DNA of 64,000 nt from Octopus sinensis. Lineage: Eukaryota. Shown here one piece after another: positions 10,938 to 24,297 of the stretch; position 1 is the stretch's first letter, and every line of letters starts with the position of its first letter. Where the stretch lies: contig NC_043013.1 in NCBI RefSeq assembly GCF_006345805.1, forward strand, positions 13,020,001 to 13,084,000. The letters run 5' to 3'. Below the pieces are notes generated by a model. It saw nothing but the letters and a program-made list of their open reading frames with translations, searched no databases and had not been told where the DNA came from. The position numbers were made by a program, and so were the translations under genes.

Positions 10938-11298
10938 TACTTCTCCAAAACACTTGATGTTTTAACAATTTTTCAAAATAAAAATCCTAATAATATTTAA
11001 TTATAAAAATACAATAGGAGTTTTCTTAAATATCAAATCGCTATGAGGGTCCTCCTGAGTAAAATAGAAATCAAAGGGGTAGGCAAAAAAAATGATAGAG
11101 AAACACCAGTCTGTAGTGAACAAGTTTGAGGTTGATTTTAAAACATGTTGCATTACATCTAATGTACATGACCTTTTCATCTGTGACTGATTGGCAAAAT
11201 TGGTAAGTTCAAAACCTACTTGGTTTGACTTCAATTTTCAGTCTTCCAATGTAAAAAGAAAAGTACTAATCAGGTACTGAAGTAAATTAAAACAACTA

Positions 11299-11768
11299 CC
11301 GTAAATCCTCGAGTATAATCCGCATTTACCCCCAAAAATTTAAAGGTCAAAATCCCTAGTGCATACTATATACGAGGTTAAAAGCGAAAATTATTTTCTA
11401 AGCAATGCCCGAGTCTCTATTTGCTGACTGGCAATGTTTATTCAAACACATTTTGGGATGTCGGGCGCGAAAATACCTTAAATCATCCATGACTTGCAGT
11501 TAGTAACACTTATTAAACGTTATTACTGTTATTTCTTTATTTTCAGCAAACAAAATGCACAAAAAAGCTACACGTTTGCATTATGTTATATGTACAATAA
11601 TAATAAAGGACGTTACCGCATAAAGTTTTACAAACCAAGGACGTTATATAGACCTACTTGACTCAAGTTAGAGAAGGAGTGCGTGGCATTTAACACTACC
11701 GATTTACAGCCCCCTAAAAATCCCCTGCGTATTATACTCAAGGGTGGACTATACTCGAGGATTAATGG
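11299..11768. mobile_element. Tc1/mariner (pogo/Tigger-type) MITE, related family
   Basis: TA|CCGTAAATCCTCGAGTATA ... TATACTCGAGGATTAATGG|TA termini. Confidence 0.75.
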
Positions 11769-11944
11769 TATGTTTCTCACTGCTAACATTTTGAGCCTTG
11801 TGTCTAGGCCAGAAATCATGATTTTATATTCATAAATCCATTTAATTGGTATACGCCTCAAGATGGGTAATGTCAGTGTGCATATAAAGCAGAGTGTAAG
11901 TGATTTGAGAGGAAAACTGGGTAAATGAGGCATCAGATGTGGTG

Positions 11945-12510
11945 GGCAAGAGAGAAGACGGCACCGGTGCAGTCATGTAATGCATATGAATGAAGACAGT
12001 TGCATCAAGAGGCGCTAATCTCTAATTGTGGAGAGGACATGTGGAAGGGATTGATCCAGGAAGACATGGGATGAAGTGGTGAGAAAGGATCTATAGACAA
12101 TGAGCCTTACATAAGGGATGACAGGGGACCGAGACTCCTGGCAGTTTGCTGTGTTTGAGAAGACACATCAAACTAAGTAAAAGTGTGGTTGTTCTTGCAT
12201 ACAGTCATATCTCCAGCATCCCTCTCTAGCTGAGTGTTCCTAATTTTGAGGGTGCTGGCGCCATGTAAAAAACATCCAAACTGGTGCCATATAAATGCAT
12301 CTGTGCCAGTGCTGTGTAAAAGCACCCAGTACACTCTTTAAAGTGTTTGGTGTTAGAAGGGCATCCAGTCATAGAAACCATGCCAAAACAGACAATGAGC
12401 AGCTCTTCAGCTGGTTAGCTCCTGTCTATCCATCCAATCGATGTCTGCATGGAAAATGAACATTAAATAATGATGATAATAATAATGATGATGGTGATGA
12501 TGATGACACA
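11945..12510 (+). mobile_element. Decayed RTE-type LINE 3' end with its characteristic tail
   Basis: Degenerate translation ...HVMHMNED...RKTWDEVVRKDL...DRDSW, then the AAAAGCACCCAGTACACTCT...GAAGGGCATCCAG...GAAACCATGCC tail and (GAT)n. Confidence 0.65.
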
Positions 12511-12746
12511 AAAAATTATTTGCAATAGTATTCATAATTCCTCACTTTCTGCAGTGATATAGTGTGGGTTTGGGCTGCCTGTGCATAACCAAATTGTCTA
12601 CCTCTTTCCTTAAATAAAGCATACCTTTACCAACAGGATATACACATATATAAAGTAGTGGCCCCTGTATTGTTTTTCATGCTGCACACATCTTATTTTA
12701 CACCACTGACTTTTCTGAGTTCAAACCCTGCTAAGATTGATTTTAA

Positions 12747-12975
12747 GGCGGCGAGCTGGCAGAAACGTAAGCACGCCAGGCGAAATGCTTAGCAGTATTT
12801 CGTCTGCCGCTACGGTCTGAGTTCAAATTCCGCCAAGGTCGACTTTGCCTTTCATCCTTTTGGGGTCGATTAAATAAGTACCAGTTACGCACTGGGGTCG
12901 ATATAATCGACTTAATCCGTTTGTCTGTCCTTGTTTGTCCTATCTGTGTTTAACCCCTTTTGGGTAGTAAAGAAA
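12747..12975 (+). mobile_element. Full-length young SINE with 15-bp TSD
   Basis: GGCGGCGAGCTGGCAGAA head, GAGTTCAAATTCC box B-like motif, core AATAAGTACCAG...GGGGTCGAT, tail ...GTAAAGAAA. TAAGATTGATTTTAA occurs at 12732-12746 and 12976-12990. Confidence 0.9.
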
Positions 12976-13001
12976 TAAGATTGATTTTAAGGTTGATTTA
13001 A

Positions 13002-13115
13002 GGTGGAGAGTTGGCAGATGCCAAAAATGCTTAGTGGCATTTCATCTATCTTTGCATTCTGAGTTCAAATTCTGTTGAGGTTGACTTTGCCTTTCATCCT
13101 TTCTGGGTCAATAAA
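13002..13115 (+). mobile_element. Older truncated copy of the same SINE family
   Basis: GGTGGAGAGTTGGCAG...AATGCTTAG...CTGAGTTCAAATTC...GTTGACTTTGCCTTTCATCCTTT. Confidence 0.75.
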
Positions 13116-13309
13116 AATTTCGGCAGCCGAAATTGCGAGGATGATCCGGTTCTTGACTGAAGATTAGAGGCTTCGAATGACCCGTCCGTGTTTTTTGTAT
13201 CGTCTATTTGAATGTTTTGCGTTCTTGTCCCATTTTGTATTTATATATATATATATATTATTGCGGCGTACGTACACCTTATTCTCTCATATGTATGTAA
13301 ACATTCCAC

Positions 13310-13355
<46 letters not shown>

Positions 13356-13464
13356 AAGAAAGAAAGAAAGAAAGAAAGAAAAAAGAAAGACAGGGAGAGG
13401 GGGAGGAGATGACTTTTAGATAGCGAGATATGATACACTAACAAATATATATATACATACACGA

Positions 13465-13960
13465 GCAAAACGCCCTTCGTCCAATCGACGGTACTGAGTT
13501 AAACATATAAACCAAATTTTCTCAAAACAACTTGTTCGACCGTCCCATAGGCCTCCCCTTTGAGAAACATTGATTAAAAGAAGAATTAAGGATAGACTTT
13601 TTTCTATTCCAAAGAAAAACGATTTTATTCACACAAATATGCAACCGAAGAGTTTAAAGTACCAGTAATGATAAGGCTGTTGACTGGGAGAGCAAAAACA
13701 TGGTTTAAACAGTCAGCTTGGCAAGAAAGAAACATGCCTTTAAGCAGTACAAAAATGGAAGGTGCAGTTATATACAGGTTGACGGAAGAAAAGCAGGGCA
13801 AAAACGGCTTTATCAATCGCATTCTCACCTGGAATCGTTTTTTTTTTTCAAGACTTATACACGCCCTGATACCGTCGGTATCTACATATCAAATTTGAGC
13901 GCAATCGGATGGAGGATGCCAGAGATCCGAGAAGACACACACACACACACACAGACAGAA
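13465..13960. mobile_element. Possible HINE-like non-autonomous element
   Basis: Ends in CTACATATCAAATTTGAGCGCAATCGGATG followed by (CA)n, as in DINE/HINE-type elements. Boundaries are approximate. Confidence 0.4.
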
Positions 13961-14106
13961 CGGATTTTATAGAAAAGATATATATGCGTGTGTGTGTGTG
14001 TATATATATGTGTGTGTGTGTGTGTGTATTTGTATATATATATATATGTGTGTGTATATATATATGTATATATATATATGTATGTATGTATATATATATA
14101 TGCATG

Positions 14107-14151
<45 letters not shown>

Positions 14152-14445
14152 ATATATATATACACATACACACACATATAAACATATGTATTTATGTATC
14201 TATGCATATTTTTCGTCCTAAATCTAACCACAATTTCTTCCTGCGACCTTTATCTGTTTCCCTTTTACTCTCTTACATTCTACATTTCCGTTTCCTTTCC
14301 TCAGTTTGTTTTCTCTCCAATCTGTGTACTTGTCTTCCTCTTTTGTGTGTGTGAGAGAGACAGACAGGTAGACAGAGAGAGACAGAGAGACAGAGAGAGA
14401 CAGAGAGAGAGAGAGCGTGTATGTGTGTGTTTGTGTTATTCTAAA

Positions 14446-14803
14446 TCTCTCTATATATAAACGGCAGTTTGTCTGTGTGTCTGTTAGGTTGTACCTTCAC
14501 CCTGACCACGGCTTTCAACCGATTCTGATGAAACTTGACACACACATAGCCCAATGTCATAATTCAAAACTAACGCAGCAAAAATTTTGAAAAGTTCCCC
14601 CAGTTCTGAAAAAAATCGATAAATTCGACATGGGGTCGAGAATCAGAAACACAAACCACAGACTGTCTAGGGGACGCAACTCGACCTTTTTAACTAAAAA
14701 AAAAATTACCATCATTTTTTTCCCCGTTTTTTGGTTATAACTCTAAAAATGCTTTATAGTTATTTCCCTTACAAACCCGAGCAACGCCGGGCGATACTGC
14801 TAG
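14446..14803 (+). mobile_element. Non-autonomous Helitron
   Basis: 5' TCTCTCTATATATAAA, 3' hairpin CCCGAGCAACGCCGGG and CTAG terminus, inserted between A (14445) and T (14804). Confidence 0.85.
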
Positions 14804-16129
14804 TCTGTATTATTCTTCAGCGAGAGGTTTTGTGGGTTTGCTATGTTACCAAGACAACAGAAGCACGCTAGAAATAAATTTCTTTGGAAAACAAATGGAA
14901 GAAGCAATGAAAACAAGGAATTACATTCAGAAGAAATCCCCGAGGAAAATACTTTAAGCTCTGACGACATAAAACACAGTTTCACGCCAATAAGACAAAG
15001 AAGGGAAGATGAAGTGGAGGTGTGGGGGGGGGGGTAGCATAAAGTGAAGAAAGAGAGAAAAGTATTGTGAATAAATGAGATAAACAACTAGACAGATAAA
15101 GTGAAGAGTATGTTAAAAGAAATAGAGACTAGTAGAAAGAAAAAGGTATCTTTTCCTTTTGATAGACAGAATTCAACCCAATTTCTAGTTAAATAAACAA
15201 TTTGAAACTTTGTATACTGGTAGAATGTGTCAAAAGAAAACATTATTTTCACTTGGCTTTTTTGAGAAAATTGTAATTTGTAGTTTAATGTAGTTTAATT
15301 CTTCGAATTTTAACCAATGAATCGCCAGTATTTGAGCTCAAATCATTTGCTGCATCTTAAAACTCTTCCTCTAAAACTGTATGTTCCACTGGACTGTTGA
15401 ATTTTATTAAATAACCTGAAAAATCTTGCCTGGACCAATTAGTTGGTAAGGTTGTGCATGAAAGAATAGATTTAGATTCCTGTAGGTAGCAATTTTTTTT
15501 CTTTTTATATACGAGTACACTCTGTAATGTATATAGATTGAACCACACTAATAGCTTCCTGGATCAATGAAGACTTTTATGAGTGAACATGGACACTCTT
15601 CAGCATGTGTCAACATCAATACATAACATGCATAATCCATTTTATCTTTTTCCAACTTATCCTATTCAAAATAATATATACCAGAACTCAAATTTTATGA
15701 ACAGCATGTTTCACAGTTAAATCACAGTAAGGAACATTACAATGGTGTCAGTGAGATGTGAAAATTAGGAATGGCTAAAGATATATAGTGAGAAAAAGGA
15801 AATCCCATATCTCTATGGGATATATTAAATAGAGATCCATAGTGGAAACTTAGAACACTCAAATAATATATTACTTTTTGAAAACACAATTAGAAAATCC
15901 AGTGCTGACCAGCTTAAAATAAATGCCTTTACTGGAGAACAGAGTTAAATAATACTGATTATATTAGGCTATCGATGCAGTACTTGCATCAATAGCCTAG
16001 TGTGTAACAGTGTTTCAACAGTTAGCTTAGAAATACACTTTATTAAAGGTTGCCTTAAGAGTATAGTGTGTAAGATAGCGCCAGTGGTTTAAAGGTAGGA
16101 AATCTTCGATGAGAGTTCAGAGTGAGCGA

Positions 16130-17820
16130 AGTAACCACGCGGCTAAGCCCACAAGACCTATCAGGCAAAAATTCTGGGTCATCAATTAGAATTAAAGGGG
16201 GATCAGCTAAGAAGCATTTGAGAAAATTGGTCAACTCATTTTAAAAACCTTCTTGGGAAGAATGCCAAAATCCCTGATAACCCCGCTCTTCCAAGTGTGC
16301 CTATATCAGACACGCTGGACATCAACACCTCCCCTTTTACCATATTTGAACTAACAGCAGCCACTAAGCAACTAAAAGCCTCAAAAGCATTTGGTCCCGA
16401 CAACATCCCAGCTATAATTTGGAAGGATGATAGATTTCACACACTTTTGCTCAACCTTTGCAACTGCACTTTCCACCTTTGTCGCTCCAAAGATTTGGCA
16501 CCAATCTCAAATCATCCCAATACCCAAAAAAGGCGATTTATCCCTCGTCACCAACTACAGGGGTATATCTCTAATGTCAATTGCTGCAAAACTGTACAAC
16601 AAACTGATTCTAAATCGTCTTGTCCTTTTTGTTGAACCTTTGCTCCGAAAGAACCAAAATGGATTCAGACATGGGTGCTCAACGCTGAGCCAGATACTAT
16701 GCCTACGCAGACTTATGAAGAATCAAAAGCATTTAATCGCGATCTTGCAATGGTGTTTGTAGACTTTTCTAAAGCGTTCGACTCTGTAGATAGGTACAAG
16801 ATGTTTGAAATCCTTAAGCTCTATGGGATACCAGACAAAATCATTTCTGCTATCAAGGTCCCCTACACAGATACATCTTCAACCATCTTAACCTCTGACG
16901 GAGAAACATCATCTTTCTCAATCAAAGCCGGAATACTGCAGGGAGACACACTCGCCTCGTTTCTTTTCATCATTGTCGTTGACTATGTGCTATGTATGTC
17001 AGTTGATACCATCTCTGGCAAGGGCTTTGAAATAAAACCAAGAAGAAGTTCCAGACACCCAGCTGAATACTTGACAGACACTGACTTTGCTGACGACATC
17101 GCCCTTATCAGTGATTCTCTCTCCAATGCCCAGTCTCTTTTACAATCTCTTGAACAAGCCTCAAATTGTGTAGGTCTTTACCTCAATGAGGCCAAGACTG
17201 AATATATAAACAAGTGCCTGTCCAACAGTGATTGCATCATCCACACTCTCAACAATGCGCCCATAAATATGGTTTCTGATTACAAATATCTTGGGTCATA
17301 CATATCATCATCTGGAAAAGATTTTCTAACTAGAAAGGGTATGGCCTGGTCAGCCTGTAATGACATGCATAAGATCTGGTCATCAAATCTAAGTAGAGAC
17401 TTCAAACTTGAAATCTTCAAAGCCACAGTCAAACCAATTCTACTATATGGCTCAGAAACCTGGACGTTATCAAAGAAGCTTGAGAGGCGATTGGATGGAA
17501 CCTACACTCGCCTCCTTATGAGAGCTCAAAATCTCTCATGGAAGCGTCATCCAACCAAAATGCAAATATATGGGAAACTACCACCTGTGTCATTGCTGGA
17601 CATTGTTGTAGAGCTGAAAACAAGGCAATTTCTACTCTTCTCCTCTGGAAGCCATCTACTCGCAATACCAGAGGGCGCACACTCTTCTACCCTGATGTAA
17701 TCTCCAGGGATACAGGCATCCAGCAACAAGACCTCCGTAATGCCATGATGGACCGTGAAGTCTGGCGTAGCATGGTAAATTCCATTGTCTCGACCACGGT
17801 CGAACAATGATGATGATGAA
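16130..17820 (+). mobile_element. RTE-clade LINE, 5'-truncated and frameshifted RT
   Basis: KAFGPDNIPA, IIPIPKKGDLS..NYRGISL, NQNGFR, FVDFSKAFDSV, GILQGDTLA, FADDIAL, YLGS, LLYGSETW, then a (GAT)n tail. Confidence 0.92.
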
Positions 17821-18376
17821 GACTATAGGTGGTTTCTATCTCTTAAAAATTTGATTCTTCCAGTTTTCCAAATATAACAAGACCTCATCATTCATTTTAT
17901 GATTAATGTCAGGTCTTTTACAAAGTTGAGTTTTACCATAGCTACGTTTGACTGTCTACTTTAATATCATCAAAAAGAAAAAAATAAGAATTTGAAGTAA
18001 AAAGAAACAAAATCAATTTCAAAATGATTGTTTTCTTTATTTCACAAATTTATACATAAGACATCTGATCTGATAATTTTTGCTCAGAAAAATTTGTTAT
18101 ATATGGATTGTAATGTATCACAGATATGCTGTGTAAGATCACAGTTGAAGTTATGTTACAGATGACCTGCTACTGCTGCAACCAGTGTATAAAAACAATA
18201 ACTACCACATCTATTGTAATGACAGTCACATTTGGATAAAATCTCTTTGAAAATGGATAAAATAGTCATTAGGTTTTTAAAAATATTGATTATATTACAA
18301 GTTATTGTTTTCTCTGGAAAACACAAGGTAACACTCACATTAATGCTACAAATACACCCTGCAACAATGCATGTAT

Positions 18377-18476
18377 NNNNNNNNNNNNNNNNNNNNNNNN
18401 NNNNNNNNNNNNNNNNNNNNNNNNNNNNNNNNNNNNNNNNNNNNNNNNNNNNNNNNNNNNNNNNNNNNNNNNNNNN
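18377..18476. other. Assembly gap (100 N)
   Basis: Run of N. Contiguity across it is not established. Confidence 1.
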
Positions 18477-19008
18477 ACAATTTATCCACCCTTCATCCTT
18501 CTTACTGTTTCTCTCCACCCATACTTCAATCCTCGCCCCTTCCCCAACCCTTCCGTACCTCCAATTTATCTCCCCTCACCCACCACCACTCACTTTTCTC
18601 TACACTGTGGCATTCCTATTTCTCTCCCCCATCCACTCCTCCAACCTACCCAACAACGTGTCACCTCTCTCACTCTCCTTCTCCTTTTTACAATATCACC
18701 ATTTCTTTTCTGTGGTTCTGCATTAAAAGATATTCCCTACTCCCCACTCATCCTACCCACTTCGTACTGTCAATGTTCACCCTGACGCCTCATCACACCT
18801 ATTTTTTTTTTTAACTCTCTTGCTCCATCTGATCACCTCCATCCTCTCTTCTAAAATACGAAAGGTCATCTTACTCCTTTATAACAGCAAACTCCCTGCT
18901 GCTCCGACCCTTTTCTCTCATACTTTACTCTTTCTACTCCTTCTCCTCGCTAAACTTGCTCCACCTTGGGTGTTTATAATCTTGTAAGAAATGGTAAACC
19001 CCACTTAT

Positions 19009-19559
19009 GCTGAGGAATGAAAATTACACCCAATTATGTTGAAATGTGGCATTATGGTGTATATCAACATGCCAAAGCACACAGGAGCACGATTCCAGCC
19101 GCCCGAACAGGATGACTTTGACGATAATGTTGATGCTCATAATGGGAGAAGGGGGATACAGTATACCACTGTATCGACCAGATATTATTATGCTGATGGA
19201 ATGAAAATTACACCCAATTATGTTGAAATGTGGTATATGGTGTATTAAACATGCCAAAGCACACAGGAGCACGATTCCAGCCCGGAACAGATGACTTTGA
19301 CGATAATGTTGATGCTCATAATGGGGAAAGGGGGATACAGTATACCACTGTATCGACCAGATTATTATTATATGCTGATGGGAATGAAAATTACACCCAG
19401 ATTATGTTGAAATGTGGTATTAAGGTGTATTAAACATGCCAAGCACACAGGAGCACGATTCCAGCCCGGAACAGGATGACTTTCACGATAATGTTGATGC
19501 TCATAATGGGGAGAAGGGGGATACAGTATACCACGTATCGACCAGATTATTAAATGCTG
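19009..19559. repeat. Three tandem copies of a ~183-bp unit
   Basis: Units start at 19009, 19192 and 19374 (GCTGA..GAATGAAAATTACACCC) and differ mostly by 1-bp indels. Confidence 0.92.
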
Positions 19560-20117
19560 CTATACCTTCGCTACGGACTGGTCACAGTGAGCTCTTTCTT
19601 GATTGCATGATTCTTGTTCCATTTTGACCCCAATTTTTGAACTAATAATGTTCTCATAGTCATGGAGGCCTTCTGTGTGGCCCTGTCCAGTCTGTCGGAT
19701 ATCACTCAGCAGCTGTGTTTGGATGGTGCATCGCCAACAAGGGACGATGGTCAAATGTGTTGCTATGATTTAGGAGAAATAAACAAGCACAAAACAAAAA
19801 TATCACTGAGAGAGAAAGAGAGAGAGAGAGAGAAATACAATTATCACTATAAGTGGGCGCGGGGGGAGAAAAGAGAAATGTTATAATATCGGAATTTCAA
19901 CTTTTCGTAAAAAGAGGACTGTTTTTGCAGGGAAAAACATAAAAGGAATAGTTCAACTTACATGAAGACAATTTACCGGGTGTTCTATCGGTATAAACGT
20001 CTCTCAGCAGCATGTTTCCGTATATATATATATATATACTATATATATATATATAAACGAATGAGTGGACCAACAAAAGGAGGGCCCTCAATCAATTTAT
20101 TGAGAGTTACATATATC

Positions 20118-20266
20118 AATCAGAACATTTGATTCAAATTCGTTGGTACTTTTGAGTTTCACAAACGCGATGCTGGTCGTCAGCCATTTTGAATTTGAGT
20201 TCAAATTCAAAATGGATAGACTTGCATCGCGCTAAATCTCACGAATTTGAATCAAACTGTTTGATT
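20118..20266. repeat. ~150-bp imperfect palindrome (hairpin/MITE-like)
   Basis: Perfect 15-bp stem CCATTTTGAATTTGA/TCAAATTCAAAATGG, plus outer arms CGCGATGC/GCATCGCG and TTTGATTCAAATTCGT/ACGAATTTGAATCAAA. Confidence 0.85.
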
Positions 20267-20292
20267 CTCTCCTCTCTCTCTCTCTCTCTCTC

Positions 20293-20342
<50 letters not shown>

Positions 20343-21769
20343 ACACATCATCACATCCTCTCTCTCTCTCTCAGACACACACACACATACATATTGTTCG
20401 GATATGGGTTTGTTTTGGGTTTTGTGTATGTATGTGTACGTGTCTATATGCATATATACACGTGTATATTTCCTTAGGTGGATAGATAAATCATTTGTTT
20501 GACCGCACATTACAGGTTGACGCTCCACCTACCAACCTCCCCAATGACACATCTCAAGCCACGTCTGTTCCCTGGTGGTTTAGTATCCCTAAAATATGAT
20601 TCACTTAATTACTCCTTATCTATAACCCTACTGCGCCTTGTGATCCGATGTGACTCTTGTCTTGTTCCTCGCCTCTTCTCAATTTCGTCAGAGAATTCTA
20701 CTGACTGACATCCTTTTTCTATCGGTCTTTTTGATGACTCTAACTCCTTCCTTATACCAATGCTTTCCTTCTTGTCATATTTATAATACTAAGTCACTGT
20801 GGGTGCCCACCCCATCTCACTCTCCAAACTCACATTAGTTCACATACATTTCCTGGAATTTAAATACGCTGCTAGCTTGTGGTTTTCTTGCTGTTTCAAC
20901 TTTCTGTCTCTTAGGTCGATCACATTTACCGTATTTAAGAATCAATACAGAAATTGTTTTACGCATCAAGAATATGTAGAATACTGATTTAAAAACTTTC
21001 TGCAGTCCTATGCAAAATCATGGGCACTACAAGCTGAGAAGAATGGACCTCGTCTCACCTCTTATGGCTGATTAAAACTTTCGCAAACAGCAGAGTCTGA
21101 AAAGGAAAGGCTGGTATTGAGGCTGTGGCAAATGTGCACATGGCTATAGGGCGGACGGAAGTAGTATCTCGAAGTTTCGGTGCTTACTTTGAAGCGGGAG
21201 AAAAGAGTAAAATGTATGGGCAAAGATTTGCCAAACGGGGAGAGAAATGCGCATTACTGTTTTCGCTCTTCTTCGCGGACTCTCGTTTATACATCAACAA
21301 TTATTATAAATACGAAAGAAACGTCACACATTCCATGGGCGGTGTTCTGCGGAAAAGTAAACGCTGTAAAGAATGACCCATAGCAAAACCAGCCAATAGA
21401 AGTTACTTGAAGCAATCAGTTGTTGAAAAATAATGGTGATGACGATGGTGAAAAGGAAAGTCTGAAAAGGAAGGCTGGTATTGAGGCTGTGCAAATGTGC
21501 ACATGGATATAGGGACGGAAGTAGGTATCTCGAAGTTTTCGGTGCTTATTTTGAAGCGTGGGAAAGAGTAAATTGTATGAGTATAGGAGGGCCAAACTGA
21601 GAGAGAATGGAAGACCCGGATGCTGATGGGTACAAGTAATTGGGATCCTGGAGCTGGACAATATATTGCACAAAAAAATGAAGAACAAGGTCGTCGCTGC
21701 TGCATTTTGATGAAAATAAGAGAAATAATCTGTCAATCCTTAATGAAAGTAATAGACAATCAACACTAC

Positions 21770-23425
21770 TAATTAACAAGAAAACACAAGAAAAATACTC
21801 AATAAATACAAAATTGCAGAACAAGGTAGGCCTGAGTTTAAAAGAACAGCTGAAGCAAAATATCCTTACCAAAGCACAAAGAATCCGCCAGTATGAGAAA
21901 CGCCAACATTTCTTGGAACAAAAGAAAAAGTTTCAACTCTAACCCCAAAAGATTCTACCAGAACTTGGCAAAATAACTTAGAGATCAATGCAGCAGCACC
22001 AGCAGAAATGGAAGAATTTAGGAAAGAAATATGGTCGTCGATGGAACTACCTCAGAAATGTCTTTTAAAATAACAAAAACAGCACCTGAACAACTCTGGC
22101 CCTATAACAACTGAAGAGGTCACCCGGCACTGAAAAACCTAAACAACTGGAAGGCACCTGGGCACAAGATCCTTAAGTCCTGTTAAAATACCTGCCAAGA
22201 AAACATAAAAGGCTGGCTGAGAAATTTAATGAAATACTAGCAAAGCCAGAGACAATGACTGAATGGCTCACGGAAGGGAAAACTATCCTAATTCCCAAGT
22301 CCTCTGAAACGGTAAACCCACAAAATTACAAACAGAATACTTGTCTCTCTGCTCTTACAAGTCTTTACTTCAATAATATCACAGCGAATGGGTAAGCGTA
22401 TCGAAGAAAATAGCTTTTGTTTCCAGAAGAGCAGAAGGGATGTTGCAAGGGCTGTAAAGATCAGCTACTTATCACTAAAGCCATAACTGAAAACAGTCGC
22501 AGAAAGAGAAGGGTCTAATTATGGCCAGGGTAAGAAACAACAAACGAAAACGAAAGAGAAGATAAGAAAAGAATGCTATAGACGAGTTAGAGTAATACTG
22601 AAAAAGAGCTCAATGCAAAAACAAGATAATAGGTATCAACACTCGCCGTCACAGTTACCGTGACAATATTCTTAACTGGACGCTAAATGAACTAATCAAA
22701 ATAGACTGGAAAAGAAGAAAAATAGTGACAGAATTTAGGATGCACCACCCAAAATCTGACATTAAATGTTTTGTATACAACGTATGGAAGGTGGAGATGC
22801 CTTATACAGTTAAAAACCTTTACAAAATAACCACCTAGGACTACAAAATACCTACTTCAGACGCAAGGAAAACTATTACAAATAGCCACAAAAACGATCA
22901 AAACCGAAAGAGTCGTAGTATCTAACAGGTATGAGGAAAAAGAAGAAAAAACAAACGATTAAAATAACTGAATCCAAACTAAACTGAACAGCAACGGATC
23001 ATGATAAAACGATGGCAGAAAAGCCTATTATGGCAAATATTGGGTTAAACTAAACGCAAATAGACAAAGCAAAATCCCAACAATGGCTGAGAAGCTCAGA
23101 CTCAGAGTAGAGACTAAAGGATTGTTATTTTCAACACAAGACCAAATCTTCCTCAATACACACAGATAGAGAAATTAAGCTATCAGGTCGGTATAGTTGC
23201 TAGAGATCATCAATAAAAAAATGCTTTCTACTTGATATATCAATACCAACAGATGACAAAGTTTCTCTAAATAAATAGAGAAACTATCAAAATGCAAGAA
23301 TCTGGCAGTAGAGGTAACACGAATGTGGAATCTAAAAACAGAAACAAATAATTTGTATCACACTAGGTATGATAAAAAGTATTCAGAAAAATGCATAAGA
23401 AAATACTAGGACTTACAAGTAAATA
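21770..23425 (+). mobile_element. Heavily decayed R4/Dong-like (REL-endonuclease) non-LTR retrotransposon
   Basis: Fragments EQLKQNILTKAQRIRQYEKRQ, WKAPG, EWLTEGKTILIPK, EEQKGCCKGCKDQLL, MHHPKSDI, LAVEVTRMWNLK. Many indels. Confidence 0.75.
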
Positions 23426-23539
23426 TATAACATAGAAAATAGCCAAATATGAAATAAGAGGACCACAACAACACCGCAGCACATACCCCAGGTGCTCAGA
23501 GCTATGCTCGGTAGTGCAGTGACAACATGAGATAAAAAT

Positions 23540-24000
23540 AAGAGGTTGAGGCAGGACTCCGCCTGTGCTTGTGTTTTCAATGTGTCATTACTGAGAGCAT
23601 GAGGCCTTCGGGCCATTTGACATTGGCGAAGTTGAAATCACGCATAAGAAATATGCTCACGTGGTGTTCCAGTTGCATGAGGATTTCATTAATTCTTGTG
23701 AGGCAATCTTCACACTTGCCTGTGTGGTTTGGAGCCTCAGGTGGGCAATATGTATTGCATATGACTATTGTGTTGCTTTATGCATACAATTAGAGTGGCA
23801 CATACTGAATTTGAGTATGACAGTAAGACCTTGGGTTTGAGGTCATTACGGATGTATACAGCAACTCTATGGTTCCTTTCCCTTCTGTCTGTTCGCAATA
23901 TAATATATTTTGGTACGTGTACTTCTGCATCCTCTATTTCAGGGCTGAGGTGAATTTCCACGAGTGCTATGCTTAGGGCTTGATTGCATGCAGCAAGGTC
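23540..24000 (-). mobile_element. CR1/L2/Jockey-group APE endonuclease fragment
   Basis: IALVEIHLSPEIEDAEVHVPKYIILRTDRRERNH..VAVYIRNDL. Confidence 0.7.
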
Positions 24001-24226
24001 TCTCTCTCTCTCTCTCTCATCTCTCTCCTCTCTCTCTCATCTCCTCTCTCTCTCCTCTCTCTCTCTCTCTCCCTCTACATATATATATACACTTTTAAAT
24101 CGAATTTATAACTATGTATTCCGTGTAAAACAAAGTTGATTGCCGAATTTGAGATATTTTTAAATTCCTATCATTGTCTTGGTTCGACCCGAATACTTCT
24201 TAAGCAGTTCTATATATTTTGTAAGA

Positions 24227-24266
<40 letters not shown>

Positions 24267-24297
24267 TAATAATAATAAATAATATAATAATATAATA

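Noticed and set aside
13113-13240. TTTCGGCAGCCGAAATTGC, a possible half hammerhead from a Penelope-like 3' end
   Set aside because: The 5' core is absent (truncated against a SINE), so no complete fold can be drawn.
19005-19055. CTGAGGA...GAAA hammerhead-like spacing in the 183-bp repeat
   Set aside because: Stem II does not pair, there is no NUH site in unit 1, and the core is not conserved in units 2-3.
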